From Lama guanicoe (Eukaryota): 64,000 nucleotides of DNA. Shown piece by piece: positions 13,601 through 26,737 of the stretch. The notes beneath the pieces were generated by a model. That model had not been told where the DNA came from, ran no database searches, and was given only the letters and a program-made list of their open reading frames with translations. Each line of letters starts with the position of its first letter. The first letter of the stretch is position 1. The DNA is taken from positions 4,662,106-4,726,105 of the forward strand of contig MU055609.1 in assembly GCA_013239625.1 (NCBI GenBank), written 5' to 3'. A program made the position numbers and the translations under genes.

Positions 13601-15066
13601 GGTGGTGACACAGCCATCATGTCTTACCCTGTGGGCTACATGTCCGGCTCATGTGCTCCTGATGAGGACCCCATGGGGTAGATGGGGTAGGCTCTATTTG
13701 GGGCTTTTGTTGGTACGATCCTTTCTAGTTTCCAAAGCCCTTTGCCTCTGCTGTCCTTCATGAGCCCCACAGTAGCCCCACGAATTGGGCAGGGTGCTTG
13801 TCTTCCTTCACTTTGCCCCCAAGTCCCCCAGGGCCTGGGAATCTTTAGGGGTTGGACACAGCTTTGACCTCCAGGTTCTCCACACCACCTCACTGCTTTC
13901 TGACTTTTGTTCAGAAGCAGAGAGCTCTCCCAGCTCAGTCCTTCCCACTGGTATTTTCAGCCTGTAAGAGGACCTTGGTGCTCACTCAGAGCTGTTGGTG
14001 GGTTTCTACCTGGAGCCTAGGCTGCCCAGAGCCAGACCGTCACTCTGCTGCCCCCTTCTGGAATGGCCAATTCTCTCCCCATGCCTTTCCCCACCTTTCT
14101 TTCCCATCTAGACTCAGCCGTGGCGGGAGCAGAGGGAGAAGTCTGTCACTGGTGGGTGTTGGTGACATAGACCCCAGCATGTGTGGCTTCGAAGACCTCA
14201 AACCACAGATTTCTTACTGTGCTAGACCTTGCAAAGATGAGGGTGAGGCCCTGGCTCCTTCCAGCTGCCAGCACCCTCAGTGCGGAGGGCACCGAATCTG
14301 CCCCACAGAGACCCAGACTTGCAGGCGGGCAGGCTCACCATTGCCCCCCACTCACCTTGTCCCCCTGCCTGTCACATATGTTGTAGGCATTTCAGTTGTC
14401 TGACAGACCAGCCAGTGAAAATACCACAAGGGGGAACTCTCTTCTCCCCAGGAGTAGAAGAGGCAGAGCCCTACGCCCAGCTTTCTGGCTCCCGTCCTGG
14501 GATTCTGCCCTCCCCAGCCCTGCTTTCCCACTTAGCTCTTGTTCTCCCCGTGGTCTGGACTAGTACTTTGCAGATTACATCAGGGAACCACTTACCCCAA
14601 TTACAACAGCCAGGATGAGGGTGGGAGGAAATGGGTTGGGGTGTGTTGGGAATGTTTTAGCTAATGCAGGGAGTGCTTTTTAAAAGGCAGGTAGAAAACT
14701 TTTTTCTCTTTGGAGATCAATTAAAGACTCTTCTTAAAATTAACCCCTGGAAGATGTGTCAGTGAGCTCTATTTTCCTATGTATACCCAACTCTGTGCAA
14801 TCCCCCCTCCCCGATAAAACACATACTCTCAATGCCCTTAAAAATGTCTTTGAAAGGTGACCAAGTGTTTTTCAAAAGAAGTCCCCCTCTGCGATAAATG
14901 CCAGGTAGTGAGTGAGCCTGCAGCCCCCCCCCCCAGGGGAGAGAGAAGAAAGCCTGACTGAGCCTTGAAGAACCATCAGAGAGAGGGTGGGAGGCTCGCT
15001 GTGCCTCCCCGAGGTCTCCACGGCCTGCTGGCAGCAGCAGGCACAAGATGGGCATCTTGTCAGACC

Positions 15067-15080
15067 CGGGCAGATGGCGC
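15067..15080 (+). promoter_or_regulatory. Candidate CTCF site
   Basis: CGGGCAGATGGCGC versus the core CCRSYAGRKGGCRS (one mismatch), in a locally CpG-retaining segment. Motif evidence only. Confidence 0.4.
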
Positions 15081-16914
15081 TCACCTGCTCGGGACACGCT
15101 CCCTGGTGCTGGGTCCCTTGGAGTTGTGGGACAATAACAGACAGCTGCCTGCTCTGGGCCGAGGTCTGCGGGCATTCAAAGGCTTGGAAGTGTGCGGGGA
15201 GAAGGAGCCGCCCGACGGGGCCTCCCTACCCGCTATGGCTCGCCTTTTGTTTGGAGATTTGTGCCCCCCTCCCTCCCCGCATCAACATCCGAGCAACAAG
15301 AGCCTTTTAATAGAGGACAGTTCTGTTTTGGAAACGACAAGAAAGCGCCTTGTCGAGTGTGACCTGGCCTCTCCTTTGTCCGGCCTCCCCTGCTTTGTGT
15401 GTGCCTGCAATGGGTTTTGTTCGAAGGGGCAAAGGAGTTGGACATGGATTTGGTGTGTTCCTGGGGGTTTCTTTCTCTTTCCTTTTTTGGCAGCGGCTAA
15501 AGCTTTCGGTTGTTTCTGAGTACAGGGGAGTTGGGGATTTTTCGGGACCACTCCAGAGTCTTGGAGTTACGTGTGGTGTCAGGAACAGTGAGTGGCAGAG
15601 AAGGCAGCGTTCTGACTGCCTGGCGTTTTCTCAGTCCATTGTGTACATGTGTAAGGGACAAATAATCCTCTCACAGTGCAGTCGGCCTCGAATCCTAATA
15701 AGAACGTTTCCCGAAATATCAGTGGGACGCAAGGCTGACCGTTTTGAGAAGCAGCTTCCTTTCCCTTCTCTGCCTGTGCAGAGAAAGGATGCTGGTGTTT
15801 CCTCGGTTGTCTGGGTACTTCATTATGGCCAGAGTCTGCGCAGGCCGGTGTGGGCTCCATCTGGCCTGTCACAGCAGCAGCATCTGCTCTCATCAGGCCA
15901 CTCGCAGAAATGGCGTATTGTTTTGGGGGCAGCTTAGTTTGATGGGGTCTGATAGAAATTTTATAACCTCCCTTAAGGCAGAGCTCCTGCCTCACTCCTT
16001 CAGGCCAACACTCGAAAGCAGGTTTGCCAGGCAAACTAGCGGTGTTGATACGATGCGGGAAGATGAGGAAACCTGCTTGATGATCTTACGCTTCTGGAAA
16101 TTGGCGTGTTCTGTGTGCTTACGTGCGCTGTGTGTGCCTCATACAGTCCATTCAAAGTGCGGTATAACTTTGTCACAGTGGTAATCCAACCAGCTTTTCA
16201 TCCCCTATCCCTAACTAAAAATCAGTTGAGGTTTTTCCTATACAAGCCCTTTTCTTAGATATTCTTAATTTTCAGACCTGACCTAGGAATGAATCCCTGC
16301 CCTCCTGATCAGTGGCCTGTCCTAACTCTTCTGTCATTTTAATTATTGATGAGCAGCACTGGTGATGGACTTCGCAGTTTGGGGAAGGGGGAACTGTGCT
16401 TTAAAATATTGATTAATTTATTCTACAAACACTAGGGATTCCAAGGTAAATTAAGACAGTGTCCCTGCCTCAAGGAGCCCACTGTCCAGTAAAACTTGAC
16501 AGAGCATTGAATGCAGTACAGTGGTGTAGGCTCCATGCAGAGTGCGAGCCAAGCTACGGCGGGCATGGAAGATGGGGAAGATCGATTCTCTAGGTCCAGG
16601 GGAGATGTGGGGTGGGTGTAAAAATTGGTAGAGAATGTGATGCCAACACTGATTTGGGAGTGGAGAGTGGGTGTTTGTCAGGCAGCCAGGATGGTGGGGA
16701 AGCCATTTCCTTCAAAGGAGGAGCATGCACCCAGATTCTGGGGCTGGTAAAGCAAAAGGAGGAGACTGTGATGGGAGTGTGGGTGCCCCGAGGTAGCAGG
16801 GCCTGTGTGGCCTATCGAAGCTTGGTCTTCATTCACCTGAGAACGATGAAGACAGGGAACTGCTGGAATCCTGTTTGAGTCTTCATCGTTTCACCATTAC
16901 AGTCCCGAGGTTGA

Positions 16915-17150
16915 GTGGCAAGGTCAGTAACAGTGCTGGGCCCCAGTGGAAAAGCCTGCAGGTGTCAGGTAGATGCCAGCTCCACCAGCTACCACTGTGT
17001 GAGCCTCGGTAACCCAAGCCTCAGTTTCTTGCTCTGTGAAATGGATCTTGTAACGTATTTACATCTTGGGGTTGTAGTGAAGGTTGATATAGAGAAGCGA
17101 CGGTTATAAGTGCTTGGTGCACAGAAGCGCCAAATAAACGTGTACTATGA
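16915..17150 (+). mobile_element. MIR SINE
   Basis: ctgtgtgagcctcggtaacccaagcctcagtttcttgctctgtgaaatgga…gggttgtagtgaaggtt…gtgcttggtgcacagaagcgccaaataaacg. Confidence 0.7.
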
Positions 17151-19444
17151 TTAGCGTCTTTGTAATGATACTATCAGCAACAGCTCCTAAGAAATGTCAG
17201 GGTGCTGGCCTCACTCTGCTCAGCCAGCATCTTTCCCATTCAGCCTGGGGATAGCCCAGGTCAGGGGTGGCCATGGTCAGGGGAGTCCTCGCCGTGGCCG
17301 TGGCTCTCTCCCTTGGTTACACAGCCTGGTTTCGAATAACCTGATGTTTGCCGATAATGAGCCTGGTGTCCTGGCCTGAAACTCTATGCCTGTTTGGGCC
17401 TGTAGCTTCCCCGGGTCCTCCAGGGGATGCGCTCTGTGACACATGGCTGACACGAGGCTGGGGCTTATCACAGCAAGGTGTGTATTGTCATATTCCTCCC
17501 GTTCATTCCCTTAGCAGTTGTGTAATCTCCGTTTCCTGAGTGGGAAGGCTTCTTTGGTTCTGTGCAGGCAAGACTTGGTCCTGTCCTGGGAGAGCTTCCC
17601 ATCCAGGAGGAGGAATAAGAAAGGAACACAGCAGCTGCCAGCCTGGATAGAAGGGTGTAAGTGGGGAACACATTCAAGTAGTGGGAGTCTGGGGCGGGCT
17701 ACTGGGGGAACATGGCATTTCCATAGGACCTTGCAGGTTAGGGAGTTTGCACACGTGAACTGGATGGGAGGGTCTCCTGGGGGAACATAGGGGAACATGG
17801 GAGAGAGGAAACAGCCAGCAGGTAAGGGTGACTGGGCTTGAGACAAAACTGGGAGAGGGGAGAAAAGTCTGCTAGACGGAGAACCAGATAATGGCCTTCT
17901 TTGAGCCCTAAAACCAAGTGAGGGTTTCCTTCTGCCTACGGTGCATCTTTTATAAAAATGTCCAAACTTGAGTCCCCAGCCTGCAAAGGAAGCCAGTGGC
18001 CTCCAGCTGGAAGCTTTTTCCGTTTTTAGGAATGTTCCATGGGCCTGTGGTTGCTCACTAAGGTACCTTTCTGCTCTCCTAACTGGATCTAATTTGCTCG
18101 TCCTCAGTCATGACATCTGATAATAGGAAATTTACTATTTATTGAATGCCTATCATGTGCTGCTTACCCTGGCAGGCAGGTGCTGTGACTCCATTGGCTA
18201 GGGAAGGAGGGCATTTGGGGGACCAGTAACGTTGCGACGGGAAGGGCCTGGGTCCGTGCTGGGTGATTCACATGTACTGAATCACTTGATTTCTCATAAG
18301 AACTGTTGGGGATGAGAGAGCAGTTCCCTTCTTGCTTGGTTCCCAAGGAGCCTGAAGTCTCTCAGCTTGCATGTGTGATCTAAGCTGGGACTCGATGCCT
18401 CTAGTTGTGCCTCCCGTGCCTGCCTGCAGACGCACTTGGCCCTGTCCTCTGCCCGGCTTTTCTCCTGCGTGTAGGTGCCGGCATGAGACTGCTTCACTGA
18501 GAGCGGCACTGGCTCCCATGTATCCTCACCCTTTCACAGTGATGGTGGTACGGGTTTTTCTGTGTCGCCTTGTCAGCAGCTGCTGTGGTGCACCAAGACT
18601 CATCTCAGCAGAGGACAGCTGAGAGGCCTTTGGACCAGGCCTGGGGCATGTTCCAATGAGTGAGGACCAGTGTGTTCTCTGACAGCATCCCCAAGCTCAA
18701 CTTCAGCCTTGCACCAGCCATATTCCCTATTAGGAGAAAATCCTGGAATCAGGCTCCAGTGACTCCTCTGGAATCTGCTCTTCCACCCCTGCCCGTAGCT
18801 GCCCTCTTGCCACCCGCCCCCTGTGCACTGGCCTTTACACACACTCAACCTTCTATCTGGAATGACCTGTTTTCTGGAACCCCATCTGCTGTGCCCTTTG
18901 CCCACCCCCACTTCCTAAACCCCCATTCAGCTCTCCTTTCTTCTGAAAGGCCTCTTTAGCACCCCTGTGTGAGAGGAGCCCCATGCCTGCATGTCTGGTA
19001 CCCATTTGGAATGAGTGTTTCCTAGTCCTTGGAGGAGACCCATTTCAGAGCTCTTTAACTCCAGAAATTGAGGCATTGCTGCTGAGTTCTGGAAGGCAGC
19101 TGGTGGGTGACTGGTCTGGGCCCCTGCAGTCACACAGAATCATTGTCCCCAGCTCCCATCTCCTCATGGTGAACAGCTTTTGCTGCCTGTTCTTCTTACC
19201 AGAAGCCCCAGCTCGGAGCCCTGCCTGCTTTGCATGTCTTCTGTCATTTGGTTTCCATATACCTGACTAAGAGCTCCCCCAGTGATATTCAGATCTCACC
19301 CCTGCCCATCCGTCCTGTGCACACTCAGGGCTGCCTCCTCTCCTCCCCTTGGCTCCAAGCTTTTCCTTGCCTGAAATCCTGCCTCCTTCGTTTCCCTTTT
19401 CTCTTGTCTACATCCTGTCCGTTGCTCAGCAAACATCTCGGAGG

Positions 19445-19903
19445 CAGTGCTGTCCAACAGAAACAGAATGGGAGCCACACATATCATCTTGAATTTTCTG
19501 GTAGGCACATAAAATAAGGTAAAAAGAAACAGGTGAAATTAATTTTAAGAATATACTTTATTTAATCGTAAGCAGATGTGTCCAAAATATTATCATTTAA
19601 GATGTGATCAGTATAAAGTTGTTAATGAGTTTTTTAATTGATTAATTTTTTTGAGGAGGGAGGTAATTAGGTTTATTTATTTTTAGAGGAAGTACTGGGG
19701 ATTGAACCCAGGACCTTGGGCATGCTAAGCATGTGCTCTAACACTTGAGCTATATCCTCCCCCCATTAATGAGTTATTTTACGTACTTTATTTACATACT
19801 TAGTCTTTGTGATCTGGTCTGTATTTTACACATCTCAATGGGAACTGCCCACATTTCAAGTACTCAGTAGCGCCTCAGGACGGGGGCTTCCATGCTAGAA
19901 CAT
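19445..19903. mobile_element. MER33 (hAT-Charlie non-autonomous DNA transposon) split by a SINE
   Basis: cagtgctgtccaacagaaa…gtaaaaagaaacaggtgaaattaattttaa…tccaaaatattatcattt…cacatttcaagtactcagtagc follows the MER33 consensus as recalled, on both sides of the SINE. Confidence 0.75.
19632..19764 (-). mobile_element. Camelid Vic-1-type tRNA-Ala-derived SINE, full length, nested in MER33
   Basis: Minus strand reads GGGGAGGATATAGCTCAAGTGTTAGAGCACATGCTTAGCATG…GGTTCAATCCCCAGTACTTCC, an A-rich linker, CCTAATTACCTCCC and an A tail. A and B boxes present; target-site duplication ttaatgagtt at 19622-19631 and 19766-19775. Confidence 0.85.
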
Positions 19904-22900
19904 GAGGGTGTGTGGGGATTTAAGAGCACGAGATTTGTAGAGCAGTGGACCTGCTTCATGTTATCTCTTGACCCTGTCCTTTATTAGCATTGTGGCCTTG
20001 GATGGTGACATCCCTTCTGAGCTTATTACCTGCAAAAGTGTGCACCCTCTCCTCACGGTGTTGTTGGGAAAACTGAGTGAGATGATGCTTGCAAGGGCTG
20101 AGCACAGAGCTCAGCACGTAGTATTGGTGATTGTTTATGTTGAAATCATGACCTCTTGAGTGACTCCCAGGGGCTGTCTTGGTGCCCTGACCTGCCCTCT
20201 GGCCCCTGGGCTGACCCTTAAGGTGGCTGGTATCAAACTGCCTAAATGAAGGCCACGAGGGGCAGGGGAATGGGCCCATTCAGGACAGGAGCTTGCAGGA
20301 GCACCTAGGGGAGAGTGGTAATCAGGAAATCAGGGGAGGCTTCCTGGCAGAGGCGCCCCCGCCCCCAAGCTCACCTTGGGTCCTTTGGCCTCCAGAGCCT
20401 TCTGTGACAACACTGATGCCCCTGTGGCTCCCATTTGCTAATTCTTTGTCCTGTGTAATTAGTGCAGTGTGCCTCCCTCTTGTCTCTAATTGTGTTGTAC
20501 AGCATGTACTTTATTATATCATGGTATAATACCGTGAGCCTGGCAGTTATCTTGTTCACTAATTGTTTCATATGTCTGTCTTGTCTGCCCCGCCAGATTA
20601 CCCACTCCTTCAAGCAGTAAGCGCTGCCTTCGTGTCTTTTGTCTCCCCGGCTGGGGAGGGCTGGGCATCAGGGCCCAGGTTCGAGTCCTGCATCTCCACG
20701 CTGACGTGGTTGGTGGCTGCAACCCAACCAGGCCACTCTCCCTCCTGCAAACAGAACGACACCAGGGATATTTAAGCCCCATTCAGGCCTAACATCCTCT
20801 GATTTAGTGGCTGTCCCTCCAGTGGTTGATCTTAACTGTGCTCAGAGTAGTGTTGGGAAGATCATGATGAATGAGACAGGATTTCTACCCTCAGGGTGTT
20901 TAAGGTTTAGAAAAGGGAACAAATATAAAGGAGTAAAAATGTCAATATTGTATTTAATCAGAGTTGTGATGTGTATTCATTTAGCAGATCTTTGAATACA
21001 TTTTGCACAGCCTTGCCCTGTACTAAACACTTAGGGGTGCCCTTACGCTTACTGGCTGGAGGGGAAGACAGACACACTGACACCCATACAGGAGATGTCA
21101 TCATCATATGGGGAGAATCCGGGGCACTGGGCTGAAAGAATGGGGGTTGGGAGGCCTCCTGGGGGTGTTTTGCCCCTCCTGCCCAGAGTCGTAAGAGTCT
21201 CAGAATCCCGAGGGAAAAGCACAAAGTTCTCTCTTTCCCCTGGAAGCACGTTGTTGAGACTGGGGTGTTTGTGCTGCTGCCTTGCATGTATGATTTGGGG
21301 GAGGCTCGGGGAGGGCTCTAAACACAAACCAGATGAAGGCGGTGCCCGCGGGTGCCTGGGAGCAGGGGGTGGCCCCGGGAGCATGTGGCTGGGTCACCCT
21401 TTGTAATTACAACACTGCGGTGAAGGCCCCAGAACCCAGGGTGGCAGCAGGCGGGGTATGCTGGCTTCCCATCTGCTCGGCCTCCTTTGGCTCTGAATGG
21501 ATTAGTTCTGTTTGGGTTGGAGCTTACTGTTGTGTGTGTTTTTCATCCCCCTCCTGTTTGTTCTCTCTCTCTGGCCTGAGCGCCTACTTGGGAGCTGCGA
21601 GGGTCCCGCCCGGGAGGGAGAATTGTGAAGTGGCCATTATTCAAACAAGAAAGGAATAATTGGAGTTTGCATTCTTCTGGGCCTCTATGGAAACAAGGAT
21701 GTGGCTGGGGGTGGGTGGGTGTGAGTCCTCGGGAAGCGAGATGGTGGGGGTATGGCTGTAGAAACTGGGGTACAGTATGGTCCATGTGAGTGACCCCACC
21801 TGGTGTGGGGTGCCCTTTAGGTTAATTGGTGAGGCAAAATGAAACTTGATGTGCTGCTGATGGTGGTGTTTCTTGCAGATGGGGTGTCTGAGCGGGCGCT
21901 AATTCATACCAAACTTCCCTGGTGAGGCTTCTGTTACAGAGAACTGTTGGCAGAGAATTAGTCTTATGGGCAGTGTGATGTGGTGAACCTCTGTCTGAGC
22001 CTGTTTTCCCAGTCTGTCGAGTGGGGATGGTGGTTCCTATCTCGCAGGCTTGTTGATGGGGGAAGTATAGGTAAGTGTGTAAGAAACCCAGCGCCACCCA
22101 GCCAACACAGGGAGTGTGCAGCGGAACCTGTGAGCACCTATCTCTTCATGCCACTCCCTGTCACAGGGCACTTGGGATGTTTGTGGGAGTGCCCGTGGAC
22201 ACTGCTGGATTTCTTGTTGGGTTCAGGGAGCTTCTGCAGGTAAAGCAGACTTGTGGGAACCAGTGTAGGTTTGACCTCCTCTTTGAAATAGAAGGTCCAT
22301 CCCTCCTGTCAGTGGTCCCTCAGTGTCTGCTAGGGGCCCTGCTGTGGAATGGATGTTTTGCAGAGAGGGGTTGAGGAAGGCAGGGGAATTGGCCGCAGTC
22401 TCGGCCTCTCAGAGTCCACATTCTAGCTTAGAATCAAAATCTCACACATGTGGAACAATTAGAGAAAAATAACAGATGGTGTCTGATCAGATGTCACTGC
22501 TCTGTGAAGCCGCCCAGACTACCCCACCCCCCCAACAGAAATAATCCTCCTTTCTCTGCAATCCCGGAGCTGGGTGCAAGCCTGTGCAGTACTCTGCATT
22601 GCATTGATTTGTAATTGGTCGTTTGTGCCATTAATTGTGCAACAGCACATGTTTGTTGAGTACCCAGGTGCCAGGTCCTGTCCTCAGTCCTTCGTCTGGT
22701 TTTGGCTGAGCACCTGCTTGGGACACTTGAGCTAGTAGTCTCCACTTGGGGCTTCCCGTCTTGTCTCTAGACCTCTCTGATGCCCCTCTCTCTTGGATGC
22801 TTGGTTGTGGTAGCTGTCTCTTGAGTTGGGTCTTGCTGTAGGAGCTTTTGGCTGACCTGGAGGAATTGATGAAGACTCCGGCCAGCCACGAGTCCAGCAC

Positions 22901-23009
22901 AGCTAACAAGCGGTGTGATGTTGAAACACCCCTATCCTCCCTGGGCCTTCGTTTTCTTGTCTTTGAAAAACTGGGATTGGATTAAACAACGCCTCTTTTG
23001 TTGGTTCTG

Positions 23010-23650
23010 AGATTTCAAATTTCTTTTGGAAGTTGTGTTGGCTGGGAAATGCCATTGGTGTGCCGGAGCCTTAGCTGAGGCCTGGAGATGCCCAAGAGAC
23101 CATCTGCCTTCAGGGATCTGATGGTCTAGTGAGAAAGATGGACATAAGCAGGTGGTGCTGCAGGGGACACCGTCGCTGGGTGTCCCAAGAGAAGGCCCGC
23201 CTGGCTCCACCCAGAGGGCTTCCTGGGTGAGGTGGCATTTTGTGTGGGTCCCCAAGAGAAAAAAAGAAGCAGACGATGGTACTGAAAGGGAGGAGTATGA
23301 TGAGAGCATTCCAGGGTAAGGGAAGAGAATAAATGCTTGGAAGCTTGAAAAGACTTGTCGCGTTCAGGAAGGAGGGCTTGTGTGGGCGGAGCCGGAGCTG
23401 TGAAGGGCTGGGCTGGGCAGGGTGCGGCTCCTGGCAGAGTCCTCCGAAGTTTTGAGCCTGCCCTTTAGTGGCCCGGTTAGGTCTGCTTGGGGAAAGGAGG
23501 AGAGACAAGGGGACCAGTGGGGCAGATCCACCGGTGAGGAGGCTGGCGTACCGGTCCAGGCTTAGGGACGGAGTCCAGTTAAAGGATGGGGAAGATGGGT
23601 ATGGGGGTGTTGTGTGGGAGTTGGGCTGGCTTATTGAGAGCTGGCATGAT
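23010..23650 (-). mobile_element. L2 LINE fragment
   Basis: ctgccttcagggatctgatggtctagtg…agggcttcctgggtgaggtggcattt…gagcattccagggtaaggg…gtgaggaggctgg. Similar fragments near 11.1, 16.5, 27.0 and 29.0 kb. Confidence 0.55.
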
Positions 23651-24318
23651 TGGGAGGATTGCCCATACCCCCTTGACACCTTTTCCTAATAATTTGGTGC
23701 CCTTGTACCCAAGAGGATGGGCTTAGGGGTATTGTCAACAGCAGATTTGCTGAGGATGCTGGGGATAAAAAACGCCACATCTATCCAAATTAACCAAAGA
23801 TCGAAAGCGTCGTGGAATAAGGGGCACCTGGCCAGATCCTGGGCATGTCTGTTTCATACTGTAGGTAGGCAGGCCTCCGTTTCCCCTTTGGTGAAAATGG
23901 ACGGGGGCAGGAGAGACATGGGACCAATGCCTGTGGTGTACTAGCCCGCTCCCATGACTGCCGCCTTTGTTTCCAGGGGTTGGAGGATCACACAGGGCAG
24001 GGTGGCTCCATTCTTGGCAAGTGGAATGGAAAAATGCCAGTGTCTTAAAGCAAGTCCCAGAGAGGGTGGGGATGGGTGTGTGTGTACTTGGCTGGGTGTG
24101 CCCCCAAACTTCTCCCTTGGACAGAGCATCTGTGCTTGCCCAGCTTAGAACCTGCACAGAGTCCTTTACCTTCTAAGATCCCTATTGAACATTAATAATC
24201 ACTGACTACTAACCCTCAGCGGGGCTGAACCCCCACCACACCGTGGGCGGTTTTTGCCTGTGTGTGTTTCTGTCTTCATGCCTGTCCTTGACCTACTGTG
24301 GCACCTGGAACAGAGCAG

Positions 24319-24321
<3 letters not shown>

Positions 24322-24361
<40 letters not shown>
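24322..24361. repeat. (GT)20 microsatellite
   Basis: Directly visible, perfect. Confidence 0.97.
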
Positions 24362-24362
<1 letters not shown>

Positions 24363-26685
24363 GTTGCTACTTTGGAGCCACTGCAGAATTTCTCATCACT
24401 GCCAAGTTACTTCCTCGGGATATATTTAGATAGCGTGAGATGAGCGAGAAGTGGGCGACGTGTATTTGCACAGGGATGTTTGCACACGTTGACCGTGGTG
24501 TTTTTGGAGCTGATGTCCAAGAGCTGGCTCCTCACACACTTGAGAAAGGGCTGTAGGTACCTCCTCTTAGGGGGATGAGGTGGGTGGGGGGTGGGGTGGG
24601 TGGCAGGACAAATCTTCTCTTCCAGAGAAGCCATTTGGACCCAAACCACAGCCCCCTGCCCTCGCCTCTCGTTATGATTGAAGTCATCGGGGTTGAGAGC
24701 TGCAGAAAGAAGAGGGGAAGGCAGCCGTAAGGCCTGACTCTGTCCAGGAATGCTGCTGTTCCTAGTGTGGGGTGGGCACTGTTACTGCACCCATTAAGAT
24801 ATGAATAAAATTCCTCAGTGGTTAGTATTTATTGGAAGTCATGGAGACAGTGCAGGCTTCCCAGGGAAGGGTAGGCAGATCTGACCCTGCACCTCTGCTC
24901 TGAACACTTCCTCCCACTTCCTTCCTTCCTGCCCCCTTTGCAGTGTGCCCCTCTCAGTCTGAGTTTGCAGCCACATGGCAGTGTGGTGTGGTAGAGGGGT
25001 CCGACTGCAGCCGGGGGCCTCGGTCCAGAGCGATCCTCTCAGGTCTCCCCAGACCTAATCAGCTTACAGTGGGGCAGGGCAGTGCTCTTCTGTTATTAAA
25101 TGCAGAGCTGTGGTCTGTATGATGGAGGCAGCTTTAATGAGATTAGAAAGCTTAACCGAGAGGCCAATTAAATCTGGGCCCGTACCTGTTCGGGCGGCTG
25201 TCTAAGCCCCGACCTGCATCCAGAAGCTTCCTGCAGGCCTCCTAGGAGCCTGACTGGTGAGGGTGAGGGGCAGAAGAGGCTTGCCCATCTGGCTAGACAT
25301 CCTCAGACCTGGGGTCTGGTCAGAGCAGAGGCAGAACCCAGGAGGGATCTTCTGGAACAGCTTGATTCAGGAGCTCCCAAAGCTAGATCCTTACAGCCTC
25401 CCTGCAGCCGGGGGAGGGCAGGCAGCTGGGTGGTTGCGGACCCCCCAAGTGGTTTTGATGTGCTGCCAGGTTTGGGAACCAGGAATCAAATCCATCCGCT
25501 TTGTTTCATAGGTGGCGGAAAGGGACTTGTGGAGGCTGCCAGCCAGGGCCTGACTCCTAGCCCCATGCCTTTGTCACCAGCGTGTCCTCTTTCCTTCCCA
25601 GCCCGTTGGGGTGTCTGGGGCAGGAGATGCTGTTGCCCATCCGTTCACACCCAGTTTTGTGTTTCTTCACACTCCTGTGTGAGGTAGGCTGGGCAGGGAG
25701 TGGTGACTTCCCATTTCACAGATGAGCAAGTTAAGGTTGAAGAGACTGCCTCAAACTGGTACTAGCACTGCAGGGCCTGACTGTGGTTAAAGTCTCTCCT
25801 TCCCATGACTGGAGTCTTCCTTCTGGTTCCCACTGGAGGGGGTAGGGTGTGTGGATGTGTGATGACTGGACCCAGGCAGGAGGAACTGTGACCCTGTAGA
25901 GACACTTAACCATTGTGATCTTTATCAGCAAGTTAAGTCAGATATGAAACAAAGGAGCAGGCTGTTGGGAGGATTAAGTGAGATCAGCCTCCTTTGGTGC
26001 CTGTGTGGTGTGATGGGTTATTTCTGTCCCTAGGTTGCAGAGCCAGCAGGCTTTAGGGACAGAGATGGGAGTGCTCAGAGGCTCTACAAGTGAGCAGTGC
26101 CCACCTGGTCCCCCCAGGACAGGCCTTCCTTGGTAGAGACAAGGTGGAGAGGAGGGTTTAGGAGAAGTGTCCATTCAACAAAGGAATTACTGAGCACCTG
26201 ATAGATACAGGCTAGGCACCGTTCTGGGGGAAACAGAAACTTACTTTCACAAACCCTGTGAGTGAAGCAGAATGTATTACCCCCATTTTCCAGACAAGAC
26301 TGCCAAGGCATGACGTTTGGGAGACCAAGGTCTCAGACCTTTTCCTGCTCTCGACCCAGGTCTGTCTGTGGGCCTGAGGCTGTGTCTGTAGCAGAGGGGC
26401 TGGGGGACTCCTCCCTGTTCTAAGGTTCTAGATTCAAATTTTCTGAAGGCCTGTGGATTACCCAGGTCTAATTAAAAACTCCCATCTTTAGTGGAGAAGA
26501 CCCAGGTCACAGCCTCAAAGGCAATTAGACAAAAATAGAAGAAAACCAGACCGCTTTAGACCAGATTTGCAGCAGAGCGGGGAGCTTGGTCTTCATCATT
26601 CAAGGATGGTCCTGCCATGTCTTTTGTGATTTACAAGTTTCAAGCTAGGAACAGAACTAAGATTCAAATTCAAGTCTTTTCCGAG

Positions 26686-26737
26686 GTTTCCATGTTTCTC
26701 TTCTCCAGTGATTGCTTGAGAAGAGAAACATGGAAAC
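26686..26737. repeat. Perfect 20-bp inverted repeat with a 12-nt spacer
   Basis: gtttccatgtttctcttctc (26686-26705) and gagaagagaaacatggaaac (26718-26737) are exact reverse complements. Confidence 0.95.

Noticed and set aside
19688-19764. tRNA-Ala(AGC)-like genes here and near 36.6 and 39.4 kb
   Set aside because: They have A-rich tails and target-site duplications, so they are SINE heads.
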